Source of the DNA: Gemmatimonas sp.
GTDB lineage: Bacteria; Gemmatimonadota; Gemmatimonadetes; Gemmatimonadales; Gemmatimonadaceae
Length of the DNA: 64,000 bases
NCBI GenBank assembly: GCA_965279375.1
Contig: OZ257156.1
Coordinates: forward strand, 3,680,001-3,744,000
Direction: 5' to 3'
Position numbers and translations under genes: made by a program
Shown: positions 49,270 to 58,810 of the stretch, in pieces
Layout of the letters: each line of letters begins with the position of its first letter
Position numbering within the stretch: position 1 is the stretch's first letter
The notes under the pieces: model-generated
The model's database searches: none
Told to the model about the DNA's origin: nothing
What the model saw: the letters and a program-made list of their open reading frames with translations, nothing else

Positions 49270-50588
49270 TCAAGGTGGCAGAGCGCGTTCCGGGGAGCAG
49301 TTCGATGTCGTCGCTGAGCGGCGCGCGTCGAACCATCGGCGGCGAGGCGACCATCGAGGGGATCGGACTGCATCTGGGGCAGCCGTGTCGCCTGGTGTTT
49401 CGGCCGGCCGCGACTGGCACCGGTATCGTGTTCCGTCGCAGCGACCAGCCGGACTCGGCGCCGATTCCCGCGCGGGTCGATGTGGCCGTGAGCGCGGAGC
49501 GTCGGACGCAGCTGGGGAAGGGCGAGCATGCGTTGCACACCGTGGAGCATGTGTTGGCGGCGGTGGGCGCGTTGCAGATCGACGATCTCGAGATTCTGAT
49601 GGACGGGCCCGAGCCGCCGATCATGGATGGCAGCGCGGAGCCGTTTCTGTCGGCATTGCTCGCTGCGGGTCTCGTCGCGAACGGGGGGCGGCCGGAGTGG
49701 CTGGTGCTGCGCAAATCCATTCGCGTGGTGGACGGCGACTCGGTGTACGAGGCGCACCCGTGCAGCCGGCTCGAGGTGGACGTCACGATCGACTTCCCGC
49801 ATCCGCTGATTGGTGTGCAAAGCGGACGCTACACGGTCTCGGCAGAGTCCTTCCGTACCGAGCTCGCGGCTGCGCGCACTTTTGGCTTCATGCACGAGGT
49901 GGAAGGGCTGCGCGCGAAGGGATTGATTCAGGGGGCATCCACGCAGAACGCCGTCGTGCTGGATGCGTCGGGGGTCGTCGAAAACAGCTTGCGGTGGCCT
50001 GACGAATTCGTGCGCCACAAGGCGCTGGATTGTGTCGGCGATCTTGTTCTTGCTGGTGCGCGCGTGCGCGCCCGCATCGTTGCTCATAAACCGAGTCACC
50101 GAGGCACGGTCGCGTTGGTTCGTGCGCTCGTGCAACACGCCGTCCGGGAGCCGTCCGTGTATACCGTCGAAGACATCATGCAGGTGTTGCCGCACCGATA
50201 TCCGTTTCTGCTCGTCGATCGTATTCTCGAGATCGAGGAAGGGAAGCGTATTGTCGGGCTGAAGAACGTGACGATCAACGAACCGTTCTTTCAGGGGCAC
50301 TTCCCCGGACATCCGATCATGCCGGGGGTGTTGATCATCGAATCGATGGCGCAGGTTGGCGGGATGCTGCTGATGCGCACGATCGACGATCCGACGAGCA
50401 AGGTGGTGTACTTCATGTCGCTCGACAACATCAAGTTCCGCCGTCCGGTACGCCCTGGCGACCAGCTGCGCCTCGAGCTCGAAGTCGTGCAGCTGCGTGG
50501 CGCGACCTGTCGCATGCGCGGCGTGGCCACCGTGGATGGGCAGGTGGCGACGGAAGCCGAAATGGCGGCGATGATTCGCGACCGATGA
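49266..50588 (+). CDS. lpxC: Bifunctional LpxC deacetylase / FabZ dehydratase fusion
   Basis: GIGLHLG, TVEHVLAA, ARTFGF, RHKALD (LpxC); LPHRYPFLLVD, GHFPGHPIMPGVLIIE (FabZ). Confidence 0.95.
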   Translation: MIKVAERVPGSSSMSSLSGARRTIGGEATIEGIGLHLGQPCRLVFRPAATGTGIVFRRSDQPDSAPIPARVDVAVSAERRTQLGKGEHALHTVEHVLAAVGALQIDDLEILMDGPEPPIMDGSAEPFLSALLAAGLVANGGRPEWLVLRKSIRVVDGDSVYEAHPCSRLEVDVTIDFPHPLIGVQSGRYTVSAESFRTELAAARTFGFMHEVEGLRAKGLIQGASTQNAVVLDASGVVENSLRWPDEFVRHKALDCVGDLVLAGARVRARIVAHKPSHRGTVALVRALVQHAVREPSVYTVEDIMQVLPHRYPFLLVDRILEIEEGKRIVGLKNVTINEPFFQGHFPGHPIMPGVLIIESMAQVGGMLLMRTIDDPTSKVVYFMSLDNIKFRRPVRPGDQLRLELEVVQLRGATCRMRGVATVDGQVATEAEMAAMIRDR

Positions 50589-51361
50589 CCGCACGCATTC
50601 ATCCCTCCGCGATCGTTGATGCGACGGCCGTCCTGGGCGAAGGCGTCGAAGTCGGTCCCTGGGCCATCATCGGTCCGCAGTGCACACTTGGCGACGGCAC
50701 CACGGTCGCGGCGCGCGCGACGCTTGAACGCAACGTGCGGTTAGGTAGTCGCGTGAGTATCGGCATCGGCGCGGTGCTGGGCGGCGACCCGCAGGATCTC
50801 AAGTACCGTGGCGAAGAGACGTGGGTGGACATCGGCGACGACACGTCGGTGCGCGAGTACTCGACGATCAATCGCGGCACGGCGCACTCGCTGACGACGC
50901 GAGTCGGCAAGGGGTGCTTCATCATGAGTTATGTGCATCTGGCGCATGACTGCCATCTGGGCGACAACATCATCATCTCCAACGGCACGCAGCTCGCCGG
51001 CCATGTGACCATCGAGGACAGGGTCACGATCTCCGGCCTGTGCGCCGTGCACCAGTTCGCGCGTATCGGTCGGCATGCATTCATCGGCGGCTGCTCGCGG
51101 GTGCCACAGGATGTGCCGCCGTTCGTGCGTGCGGTGGGAAATCCACTGAAGTTGTTCGGTCTCAACTCGGTCGGTTTGCAGCGCAGTGGCTTCGACGAGG
51201 CCGTGCTCAAGGAGCTCAAGAAGGCGTATCGCTTGTGCTTCCGTTCCGATCTTCCGTTGTCGAAGGGCGTGGAGCGGGCGCGCGAAGAGTTGGAGCTGAT
51301 TCCGGACGTCGAGCACTTTCTCGAGTTCATCGAAGCGAGCCAGCGGGGAGTCGGATTCTGA
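50585..51361 (+). CDS. lpxA: UDP-N-acetylglucosamine O-acyltransferase
   Basis: IHPSAIVD, GDPQDLKY, TINRGT, HLAHDC, LAGHV, VHQF, LNSVGL.R. Confidence 0.97.
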   Translation: MTARIHPSAIVDATAVLGEGVEVGPWAIIGPQCTLGDGTTVAARATLERNVRLGSRVSIGIGAVLGGDPQDLKYRGEETWVDIGDDTSVREYSTINRGTAHSLTTRVGKGCFIMSYVHLAHDCHLGDNIIISNGTQLAGHVTIEDRVTISGLCAVHQFARIGRHAFIGGCSRVPQDVPPFVRAVGNPLKLFGLNSVGLQRSGFDEAVLKELKKAYRLCFRSDLPLSKGVERAREELELIPDVEHFLEFIEASQRGVGF

Positions 51362-52392
51362 GCCAGCCAGCGGGGGCACAGGCGTTCTCTCGGGGCGGCG
51401 CGCCTCGAATTGGAGTGGTGGGTGCGGGCGGCCTTGGCGTGCACCATGTGCGCATCCTTCGCGATCTGGCGGGCGATCGATTCTCGGGGTTTGTAGACGA
51501 GAATCCCGCTCGCGCGCGCGAGGTTGCCGAAACGCACGGCGTTCGCGCGTATCCGTCGCTCGACGCCCTGCTGGACGACGTGGACGCGATCTCGATCGTC
51601 GTGCCGACGACGGCGCATCACGCGGTGGCCACGCAGGCGCTCGAGCGGGGCAAGCACCTCTTCGTCGAGAAGCCGTTCACCGTAACGCTCGAGGAGGCAG
51701 ACGACTTGCTCGCGCGTTCACGCGCGGCCGGCGTGGTGCTGCAGGTTGGGCATGTCGAACGCTTCAATCGTGCAGTACGTGCGGCGATGCCGTACGTGGA
51801 CGAGCCACGGTTCATCGAGAGCGATCGGTTGGCGCCGTTCAACCCGCGCGGTTCGGATGTGGCGGTCGTACTCGATCTGATGATCCACGACCTCGATCTG
51901 GTGCACACGCTGGTGGGAACGCGTGTGGTGGACGTGCAGGCGATGGGGATGCCGGTGCTCACGCCGCAGATCGACATCGCGAACGCACGACTCACCTTCG
52001 CCAATGGCGCTGTCGCCAACATCACGGCGAGTCGCGTGTCGCGCGAGCGCTTGCGCAAGCTCCGCATCTTCCAGCGCAACGGCTATGTGTCGCTCGACCT
52101 TGCCGCTGGTACGGGAGAGTTCTTCCGGTTGCGTGGAGATTTCGATCCGCTGCAGTTGGCGCAGGCACCGCGTGCGCTCGCCGATTTCGTGGAGTTGATT
52201 CCGCTCAGCGCGCCCGAAGGTGAGCCGCTCGCTTTGGAGCTGGCGCAGTTTCTCGGTGCCATCGCTGGGCGAAACAAGGTGGCCGTCACGGGCGAGGAAG
52301 GACGCGAAGCACTCGAGGCGGCGCTGCGCATCGTGACCGCAATCGAACAGGCGCGTGCGCTGATGACGACTGGTGGTCGCGTCGGTGCGTGA
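51358..52392 (+). CDS. Gfo/Idh/MocA NAD-dependent oxidoreductase, GnnA-like (UDP-GlcNAc 3-dehydrogenase)
   Basis: RIGVVGAGGLG, VEKP, QVGHVERFN, DLMIHD; sits between lpxA and lpxB; start uncertain (CTG). Confidence 0.8.
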   Translation: MSQPAGAQAFSRGGAPRIGVVGAGGLGVHHVRILRDLAGDRFSGFVDENPARAREVAETHGVRAYPSLDALLDDVDAISIVVPTTAHHAVATQALERGKHLFVEKPFTVTLEEADDLLARSRAAGVVLQVGHVERFNRAVRAAMPYVDEPRFIESDRLAPFNPRGSDVAVVLDLMIHDLDLVHTLVGTRVVDVQAMGMPVLTPQIDIANARLTFANGAVANITASRVSRERLRKLRIFQRNGYVSLDLAAGTGEFFRLRGDFDPLQLAQAPRALADFVELIPLSAPEGEPLALELAQFLGAIAGRNKVAVTGEEGREALEAALRIVTAIEQARALMTTGGRVGA

Positions 52393-53497
52393 GATTCTCT
52401 TTGTCGTCGGAGAGGCCTCCGGCGACCTGCACGCGGGCAAGGTGGCCGAAGAGATCGCTCGTCGCCGTCCTGATGTGCCGATGGTCGGTATTGGCGGTGG
52501 ACACATGCGCCGTGCGGGCGTGACGATCCTCGAGGATGTCGAGAAGCTCGCCGTGATGGGGTTCGTGGAAGTGCTCGCGCACATTCCCAAGCATTGGTCG
52601 CTGTTGCGCATGCTGCGCGCGCGCATCGCGAGTGGGAGTGTCGGGCTCGTCGTGCTGCTCGACTATCCGGGATTCAATCTCAAGGTGGCTGAAGTCGCGC
52701 GTGCGGCGGGCATCCCGGTGCTGTACTACATCACGCCGCAGGTGTGGGCGTGGGGCGCGGATCGACTGCCGAAGCTCGCGCGCCTCGTCACGAAGGCCGC
52801 GTCGATTCTGCCGTTTGAAGAGGCGCTGCTGCGCTCGCACGGTATCGACGCGACGTTCGTTGGCCATCCGCTGCTCGATCGTGCGCAGAACCTGCCGTCA
52901 CAAGCAGAGGCGCGCGTGCGCCTTGGGCTTCCCGCCGATGGCGAAGTGTTGGCGATGTTTCCCGGCAGTCGTCGTGCAGAGATTCAACGTCATCTCGTGC
53001 CGTTCGTCGCTGCTGCGCAGGAACTCGTGCGGCGTCGTCCTTCGCTGCGTGTGATAGTGAACGTTGCGCCGACGGTGCAGATCTCCGCGGAGGTGTGCCC
53101 GTTTCCGCTGGTGCATGGCAACTCGTTCGACGTGTTGCGAGCCGCGACGGCCGGTATGCTCAAGAGCGGTACCACGACGCTCGAAGCGGCGGTGGCTGGG
53201 CTGCCGCACATCGTGGGATATCGCACGAGCCCCATCACGTATCGCATCGCGCGTCGCGTGGTCAAGATTCCGCATATCGGACTGGTGAACGTCGTCGCCG
53301 GCCGAGAGGTCTCACGCGAGTTCGTGCAGGACGCCTTCGTGCCGCTGCAGGTGGCCGATGCCATCGAGCCACTGCTCGATGCGACGAGTGCAGTGCGGCG
53401 CGCGGCAGAAGACGGACTGGCGGACGTGCGGAGCAAGTTGGGAACGCCGGGGGCTGCGGCTCGTGTCGCGGACATGGCGTTGGGCCTGATCGGATGA
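52385..53497 (+). CDS. lpxB: Lipid-A-disaccharide synthase
   Basis: VGEASGDLH, AVMGFVEV, DYPGFN, PQVWAW, FVGHPL, PGSR, KSGTTTLE. Confidence 0.97.
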   Translation: MREILFVVGEASGDLHAGKVAEEIARRRPDVPMVGIGGGHMRRAGVTILEDVEKLAVMGFVEVLAHIPKHWSLLRMLRARIASGSVGLVVLLDYPGFNLKVAEVARAAGIPVLYYITPQVWAWGADRLPKLARLVTKAASILPFEEALLRSHGIDATFVGHPLLDRAQNLPSQAEARVRLGLPADGEVLAMFPGSRRAEIQRHLVPFVAAAQELVRRRPSLRVIVNVAPTVQISAEVCPFPLVHGNSFDVLRAATAGMLKSGTTTLEAAVAGLPHIVGYRTSPITYRIARRVVKIPHIGLVNVVAGREVSREFVQDAFVPLQVADAIEPLLDATSAVRRAAEDGLADVRSKLGTPGAAARVADMALGLIG

Positions 53498-54234
53498 CAG
53501 CGCCGCGCGAGCGCAACGTGCCCTCGCGGAACGCGCCGATCGACTTCACTTCGGGGCAACCGCTTACTTGGCGTACACGCACCGCCATCCGTCTCGGTGG
53601 TTGGTTGTTGCGCGTGCTGGGCGCGACCTGGCGTACGCGCGTGTATGGTCGCCAGGCGTTACTCGACCGGGGGGTGTCCGACCCGCGCGTGGTGTACACC
53701 CTATGGCACGGTCAGATGCTTCCCATCGTTTGGGTGCATCGTCAAACCACGGCGGTGATGATCAGCGAGCACCGCGACGGTGAGATCATCGCGCGTGTCA
53801 TCGGCGGGTTAGGGTTTTCGGCCGTGCGTGGCTCGACGTCGCGCGGCGGTGCGCGTGCGCTGCTGGAAACGGTGCAGGTGCTCAAGGGCGGTACCGACAT
53901 TGCCATTACGCCCGATGGACCGCGTGGGCCACTGCATTCGTTCGCGCCGGGCGCGCTGCTCCTCGCGTTTCGCGCACAGGCGGATGTCGTGCCGATCGTC
54001 GCGCACGTGGACCGCAAGTGGCAGCTCAAGTCGTGGGATCGTTTCGAGATTCCCAAGCCATTCGCGCGCGTCACGGTGGTGTACGGCACGCCGGTGCGCC
54101 CGATGGCTGATGACGCGCGTGGCGTCGCGGCGCTGACGGACACGTTCGCGGCGCGCATGACGGATGAAGGCGCGCGAGCGGCCGCCATAGCGGCCGGCGA
54201 ATGGTCGGAGCCGCTCACCTCGTCGCTGGTCTAG
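53494..54234 (+). CDS. DUF374 lysophospholipid acyltransferase family (LpxJ-like late lipid A acyltransferase)
   Basis: LWHG, SEHRDGE, VRGSTSRGG, TPDGPRGP, LKSWDRF.IPKPF; ATG overlaps lpxB stop. Confidence 0.85.
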   Translation: MTAPRERNVPSRNAPIDFTSGQPLTWRTRTAIRLGGWLLRVLGATWRTRVYGRQALLDRGVSDPRVVYTLWHGQMLPIVWVHRQTTAVMISEHRDGEIIARVIGGLGFSAVRGSTSRGGARALLETVQVLKGGTDIAITPDGPRGPLHSFAPGALLLAFRAQADVVPIVAHVDRKWQLKSWDRFEIPKPFARVTVVYGTPVRPMADDARGVAALTDTFAARMTDEGARAAAIAAGEWSEPLTSSLV

Positions 54235-54251
54235 GGCAGAGGAGAAGCCCG

Positions 54252-55379
54252 ATGTCCATCGCAACGCGCGTCGCCGCGCTGGTGGAGCGGATGTGGAAGA
54301 GTGAGGGGACGGGGGCCGCCCTCGCACGCGTGCTGCTGACGCCCGCAGAGCGACTCTTCTCGTTCGTTGTCGCGCGCCGCAATCGCGGTTACGACGCGTC
54401 GTCGCCATCAACGCGGGCGCTGGCCGCGCTCTCAGTCGGCAACCTGACGGTAGGCGGCACGGGCAAGACGCCAATCGCTGCGTGGTGCGTGCAGCGCCTG
54501 CGCGCACAGGGGGCCAAGCCCTCGATCGTCATGCGTGGCTATGGCGACGACGAGTGGCGGGTGCACACGCTGCTCAACCCCGGCGTGCCGGTCATCGTCT
54601 CGCCGGAGCGGACGGATGGTGTGTTGACGGCACGCACACGCGGCGCGGATTGCGTGGTGCTCGATGATGCCTTCCAGCATCGCCGAGTGGCGCGCGCGGC
54701 GGATCTGGTGCTGGTGAGCGCCGATCGGTGGACTGATCGTGTGCGTCTGCTGCCCGCCGGACCATTTCGGGAGCCTCTCGCTTCGCTGCAGCGCGCGAGC
54801 GTTGTCGTGGTAACGGTCAAGAGTGCCACGGCGGATGTTGTCACGCGCACGGTGCGCGCTGTCACCGCAGCGGCGCCAGCGGTCCCCGTCGCCGTGGTTC
54901 GACTGGTGCCCGGCACCATTCGACTCGCGGCAAGCTTGCCCTCGCTGCAGCAGGCTGATGGCGCGACCGATCGTGGTGCTCGAGCGTCCACGCGCACGAA
55001 TGCGCCGTCGCTCTCGCATGACGCCGCGTGGCTGCGCGGGCGTGACCTGCATGTCGCGACAGCGATCGGCGATCCCGCGTCGTTCGTTGCACAACTGCGT
55101 GGTCTTGGTACTGAGATTTCAGCGGTGCATCGCTACCCTGACCACCATGCGTTCACTATCGACGACGCGACCAAGATTGCCACGGCGGCACGTGGATCGT
55201 CGGGTGTGATCTGCACGCTCAAGGATGCGGTCAAGCTCGGCGCACTCTGGCCTCGCGAAGCGCCGCCGCTTTGGTATGTTTCACAGACAGTGGTTGTCGA
55301 ACGAGGCGCCGAAGCGTTGGACCGTGCATTCGCGCGGGTGCTGGCGGCGCGCGCGACCACTGCTCCCACCGCCGGCTGA
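54252..55379 (+). CDS. lpxK: Tetraacyldisaccharide 4'-kinase
   Basis: SVGNLTVGGTGKTP, RGYG, LDDAFQH, LPAGPFRE, PDHH, TLKDAVK. Confidence 0.95.
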   Translation: MSIATRVAALVERMWKSEGTGAALARVLLTPAERLFSFVVARRNRGYDASSPSTRALAALSVGNLTVGGTGKTPIAAWCVQRLRAQGAKPSIVMRGYGDDEWRVHTLLNPGVPVIVSPERTDGVLTARTRGADCVVLDDAFQHRRVARAADLVLVSADRWTDRVRLLPAGPFREPLASLQRASVVVVTVKSATADVVTRTVRAVTAAAPAVPVAVVRLVPGTIRLAASLPSLQQADGATDRGARASTRTNAPSLSHDAAWLRGRDLHVATAIGDPASFVAQLRGLGTEISAVHRYPDHHAFTIDDATKIATAARGSSGVICTLKDAVKLGALWPREAPPLWYVSQTVVVERGAEALDRAFARVLAARATTAPTAG

Positions 55380-55400
55380 GCCCGGCCAAAACCTGCCTCT

Positions 55401-56708
55401 ATGGCCCTCAATCTTCGGCTTCCCACGGACAGTATCGTCCGCCCGGACAAGGACCGTTTTCTCAACGAAGACAATCCGTTCGAAGGAATGATGTCGCGCT
55501 TCGATCGCGCGGCGGAACTCCTCGACCTTGAACCCGGCATTTACAAGATTCTTCGCAACCCTGAAAAGCAGTTGATCGTCTCCGTCCCGGTGCAACTCGA
55601 CAATGGTGAAGTCGAGGTGTTCACCGGGTATCGCGTTTTGTACAACACGTCGCGCGGGCCCGCGAAGGGCGGCATCCGCTTCGACATGAAGGTGAATCTC
55701 GAAGAAGTGAAGGCGCTCGCGGCCTGGATGACGTGGAAGTGTGCTGTCGTCAACTTGCCGTTCGGCGGAGCGAAGGGCGGCGTGGTGTGCGATCCCAGCA
55801 ACATGAGTGTCGGTGAGCTCGAGCGCGTCACGCGTCGCTACACCAAGGGCATCATCTCGTTGCTCGGTCCCGACACCGACGTTCCCGCTCCGGACGTGAA
55901 CACGAACGAGCGCGTGATGGCGTGGGTGATGGACACCTACTCCATGCATGTCGGTCGAACCGAGAACGCCGTCGTGACGGGCAAGCCCGTCGAGATGGGC
56001 GGATCGCTCGGTCGCAAGGAAGCGACTGGCCGCGGTTGCATGCTCGTCACGCGTGAGGCTCTCGAGCATCTCGGGCTCAAGATGCAGGGCGCCACGATGG
56101 CGGTGCAGGGCTTTGGCAACGTCGGTTCGACGGCCGCCAAGTTGATGGCGCGTGAAGGCTGCAAGGTCGTGGCGATCGGTGATCGCTTCGGCGCATTTCA
56201 CAACGCGAAGGGCATCGATGTCGATGCGGCGATCGCGTACGTGGACAAGCATCGCTCGCTCGAGGGCTTCACTGGTGCTGATGCGATCGATCCGGAAGAG
56301 TTGTTGACGCTCGACGTTGACGTGCTCGTTCCCGCGGCACTCGAAAACGTCATCACCACCAAGAACGCGCCCAAGATTCGCGCGAAGGTGATCTGCGAAG
56401 GCGCCAACGGCCCGACGACTGCGGCGGCCGACCCGATCCTCGACGAGAAGGGGATTTTCGTCATCCCTGACATCCTCGCGAACGCGGGCGGTGTGACCGT
56501 GTCGTACTTCGAGTGGGTGCAGGATCGCATGGGCTACTTCTGGTCCGAGACCGACGTCAATCAGCGTCTGGCTGGTATCATGACACGCAGCTTCCAGGAC
56601 GTGCTCCAGCTGTCCAAGCAGCACAAGGTGAACATGCGTACGGCGGCGTACATGGTGTCGATCAGTCGAGTCGCTACCGTGCACCGTCTGCGCGGGATCT
56701 ACGCCTGA
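55401..56708 (+). CDS. gdhA: Glu/Leu/Phe/Val dehydrogenase (glutamate dehydrogenase)
   Basis: GPAKGGIR, PFGGAKGG, DVPAPD, QGFGNVG, EGANGP, NAGGVTVSYFEW. Confidence 0.93.
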   Translation: MALNLRLPTDSIVRPDKDRFLNEDNPFEGMMSRFDRAAELLDLEPGIYKILRNPEKQLIVSVPVQLDNGEVEVFTGYRVLYNTSRGPAKGGIRFDMKVNLEEVKALAAWMTWKCAVVNLPFGGAKGGVVCDPSNMSVGELERVTRRYTKGIISLLGPDTDVPAPDVNTNERVMAWVMDTYSMHVGRTENAVVTGKPVEMGGSLGRKEATGRGCMLVTREALEHLGLKMQGATMAVQGFGNVGSTAAKLMAREGCKVVAIGDRFGAFHNAKGIDVDAAIAYVDKHRSLEGFTGADAIDPEELLTLDVDVLVPAALENVITTKNAPKIRAKVICEGANGPTTAAADPILDEKGIFVIPDILANAGGVTVSYFEWVQDRMGYFWSETDVNQRLAGIMTRSFQDVLQLSKQHKVNMRTAAYMVSISRVATVHRLRGIYA

Positions 56709-56721
56709 CCGACGCGCGCTC

Positions 56722-57186
56722 GTGCGCATCGCGGTAGTCGTCGTCGGCAAGCCTCGTCATCCGGGGCTTGCCGACGCGATTCGGGACTATGAGACTCGAG
56801 CGGCGCGGTATTGGCCGCTCGACGTGTTCGAGGTTAAGGAGGAGTCAGGGCGGAGTTCCACGCCCGCCCTCGTGAAGGCCCGTGAGACGGAGCGCCTTAT
56901 CGAACGCATACCTGGAGAGGCGCGCATCGTGGCGTGCGATCCAGGGGGCGCCCCCATGGACTCCGATGCCTTCGCTGCCTTTCTTGCAACGCAGCGCGAC
57001 CACGCCCAGAGCGTCGCGTTTGTCATCGGCGGCGCCCACGGACTCGATGATACGATTCGGCAGCGCGCGGCTCGGCGGCTATCTTTAGCGCCGTGGACAC
57101 TGCCCCACGAACTCGCGCGCCTGGTGCTGGCCGAGCAGCTATACCGCGCTGGGACCATCGCGCGGGGAGAACCGTATCACAAATGA
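56722..57186 (+). CDS. rlmH: 23S rRNA (pseudouridine1915-N3)-methyltransferase
   Basis: VVGK, FVIGGAHG, TLPHELARLVLAEQLYRA, C-terminal PYHK. Confidence 0.95.
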   Translation: MRIAVVVVGKPRHPGLADAIRDYETRAARYWPLDVFEVKEESGRSSTPALVKARETERLIERIPGEARIVACDPGGAPMDSDAFAAFLATQRDHAQSVAFVIGGAHGLDDTIRQRAARRLSLAPWTLPHELARLVLAEQLYRAGTIARGEPYHK

Positions 57187-57193
57187 TCCTCAC

Positions 57194-58810
57194 GTGAGCG
57201 AAACGACCACACAGCTCTCCAGCGCGACTGACGTTCTCGTTCGTACCGTACCGCTCGGCGGCAGCGCGTTCTCTCGCGCGTTGCAAGCCGGAAGCGTCGG
57301 TGCCGAGTGGTTGGCGCAGCGCCCGACATCGTCCGCCCAATGGCGCGCGCGCGCGGTCGCGGTACGCGACGGACATCGGACGATCGATTGGCTGACGGCG
57401 TTAGCTCCGGCGATCGCGGCGACCGGGCGTGCCGCGGAGCGGCTTGGCCGCGCGGCCGCTGGTGGTGTGGTCGTCACCACGGGTCAGCAACCGGGACTCT
57501 TCGGCGGGCCGACGTACACGTGGTCCAAGGCGCTCGGCGCGCTGGCGATGGCCAATGCGCTGGAGGCGGAGGTGGGCATGCCCGTCGCCCCGATCTTCTG
57601 GGCCGCGAGCGACGACGCAGACTGGATGGAAGCTGCCGTGACGCACGTGGTGACGGCTCGCGGCCTGGAGGCGCTCTCGCAGGTGGGGCCGGCGACGGAC
57701 GGTATCGCCATGGCCGACGTGCCCCTCGGTGACCTGACGGCCGCCCTGGAGCGGCTGCGCGCTGCCTGTGGCTCGGCGGCCCACGTGGACGTGCTGGAGC
57801 AGGTAGCGTCTGCCTACGTGCCACACAACACCGTCGGCGCGGCGTACGTGCATTTGCTGCGCGCGCTGCTCGAACCGCTTGGCATCGCGGTTCTCGATGC
57901 GGCGCATCCCTCGTGTAGAGCGGCGGCCGACCCGTTCCTGCGCAACGCGCTGGGTCGTGCCGCCGCAGTATCCGACGCACTTGCCGCACGCACGCTTGCT
58001 ATTCGTGCCGCAGGCTTCGAGCCCCAAGTCGAGCCCATCAACGAGCTCTCATTGGTGTTCCGTACGCAGCTCGGCGTGTCCGGTCGTGAACGTGATCGCG
58101 TGCGTGAGCGAGTGCCTGTTCAAGATGCCGCCCGCGTTGTCCGCGAAGCAGAATCCGGCACACTTGGCGCGAACGTGCTGCTTCGACCGGTGTTGGAGCG
58201 CGCGCTGCTGCCCACGGTGACGTACATGGCTGGTCCGGGCGAGTTTGCATACTTCGCGCAGGTGAGCGCGGTGGCCGATGCGCTCGGTGCGGAGCCGCCT
58301 GTCGTGACGCCTCGCTGGGCGGGCGAGCTGGTGGACTCGCGCGCGATGGCGCTGCTCGACGAGCTCGGTATCGACGAGGCGCTGCTGCGCGAACCCAACC
58401 TCGCCGAAACGGAGCTGGCGCGGCGCAGCGTCGCGGACACTGTGCAGGACGCACTCGAGCGCCTGCGTGTGGCGACGGACACGCAGCTGCGCACCGTGCG
58501 TGACGCGATCCGTCAGGACGACGGCGTGGTGTCCGCTGACGTCCTCGCCGGGCTCGAGCGCGATGTGTCGCATCGGTTGGAGCGATTCGAGCGTCGTATC
58601 CGCGCCGGCGTCAAGCGTCGCGAAGTCGAGTTGATGCAACGTGTCGCGGTCGCGCGCGGATGGCTGCGGCCGTTGGGTACGTCGCCGGAGCGTGTGCTCA
58701 ACGTGATCCCGATGCTCGCGCGCTACGGCCCGACGGTGTTCGTGCAGATGCACGCCGCCGCGCTCGAGTACGCGCGTTCGCTGGTGCAGGGCGTCGACGA
58801 GGCGAAGTGA
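57194..58810 (+). CDS. bshC: Bacillithiol biosynthesis cysteine-adding enzyme BshC-like
   Basis: VVTTGQQPGLFGGP.Y..K, PIFWAASDD, NVLLRPV, Y.AGPGEFAYFAQ, coiled region, PERVLN. Confidence 0.85.
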   Translation: MSETTTQLSSATDVLVRTVPLGGSAFSRALQAGSVGAEWLAQRPTSSAQWRARAVAVRDGHRTIDWLTALAPAIAATGRAAERLGRAAAGGVVVTTGQQPGLFGGPTYTWSKALGALAMANALEAEVGMPVAPIFWAASDDADWMEAAVTHVVTARGLEALSQVGPATDGIAMADVPLGDLTAALERLRAACGSAAHVDVLEQVASAYVPHNTVGAAYVHLLRALLEPLGIAVLDAAHPSCRAAADPFLRNALGRAAAVSDALAARTLAIRAAGFEPQVEPINELSLVFRTQLGVSGRERDRVRERVPVQDAARVVREAESGTLGANVLLRPVLERALLPTVTYMAGPGEFAYFAQVSAVADALGAEPPVVTPRWAGELVDSRAMALLDELGIDEALLREPNLAETELARRSVADTVQDALERLRVATDTQLRTVRDAIRQDDGVVSADVLAGLERDVSHRLERFERRIRAGVKRREVELMQRVAVARGWLRPLGTSPERVLNVIPMLARYGPTVFVQMHAAALEYARSLVQGVDEAK

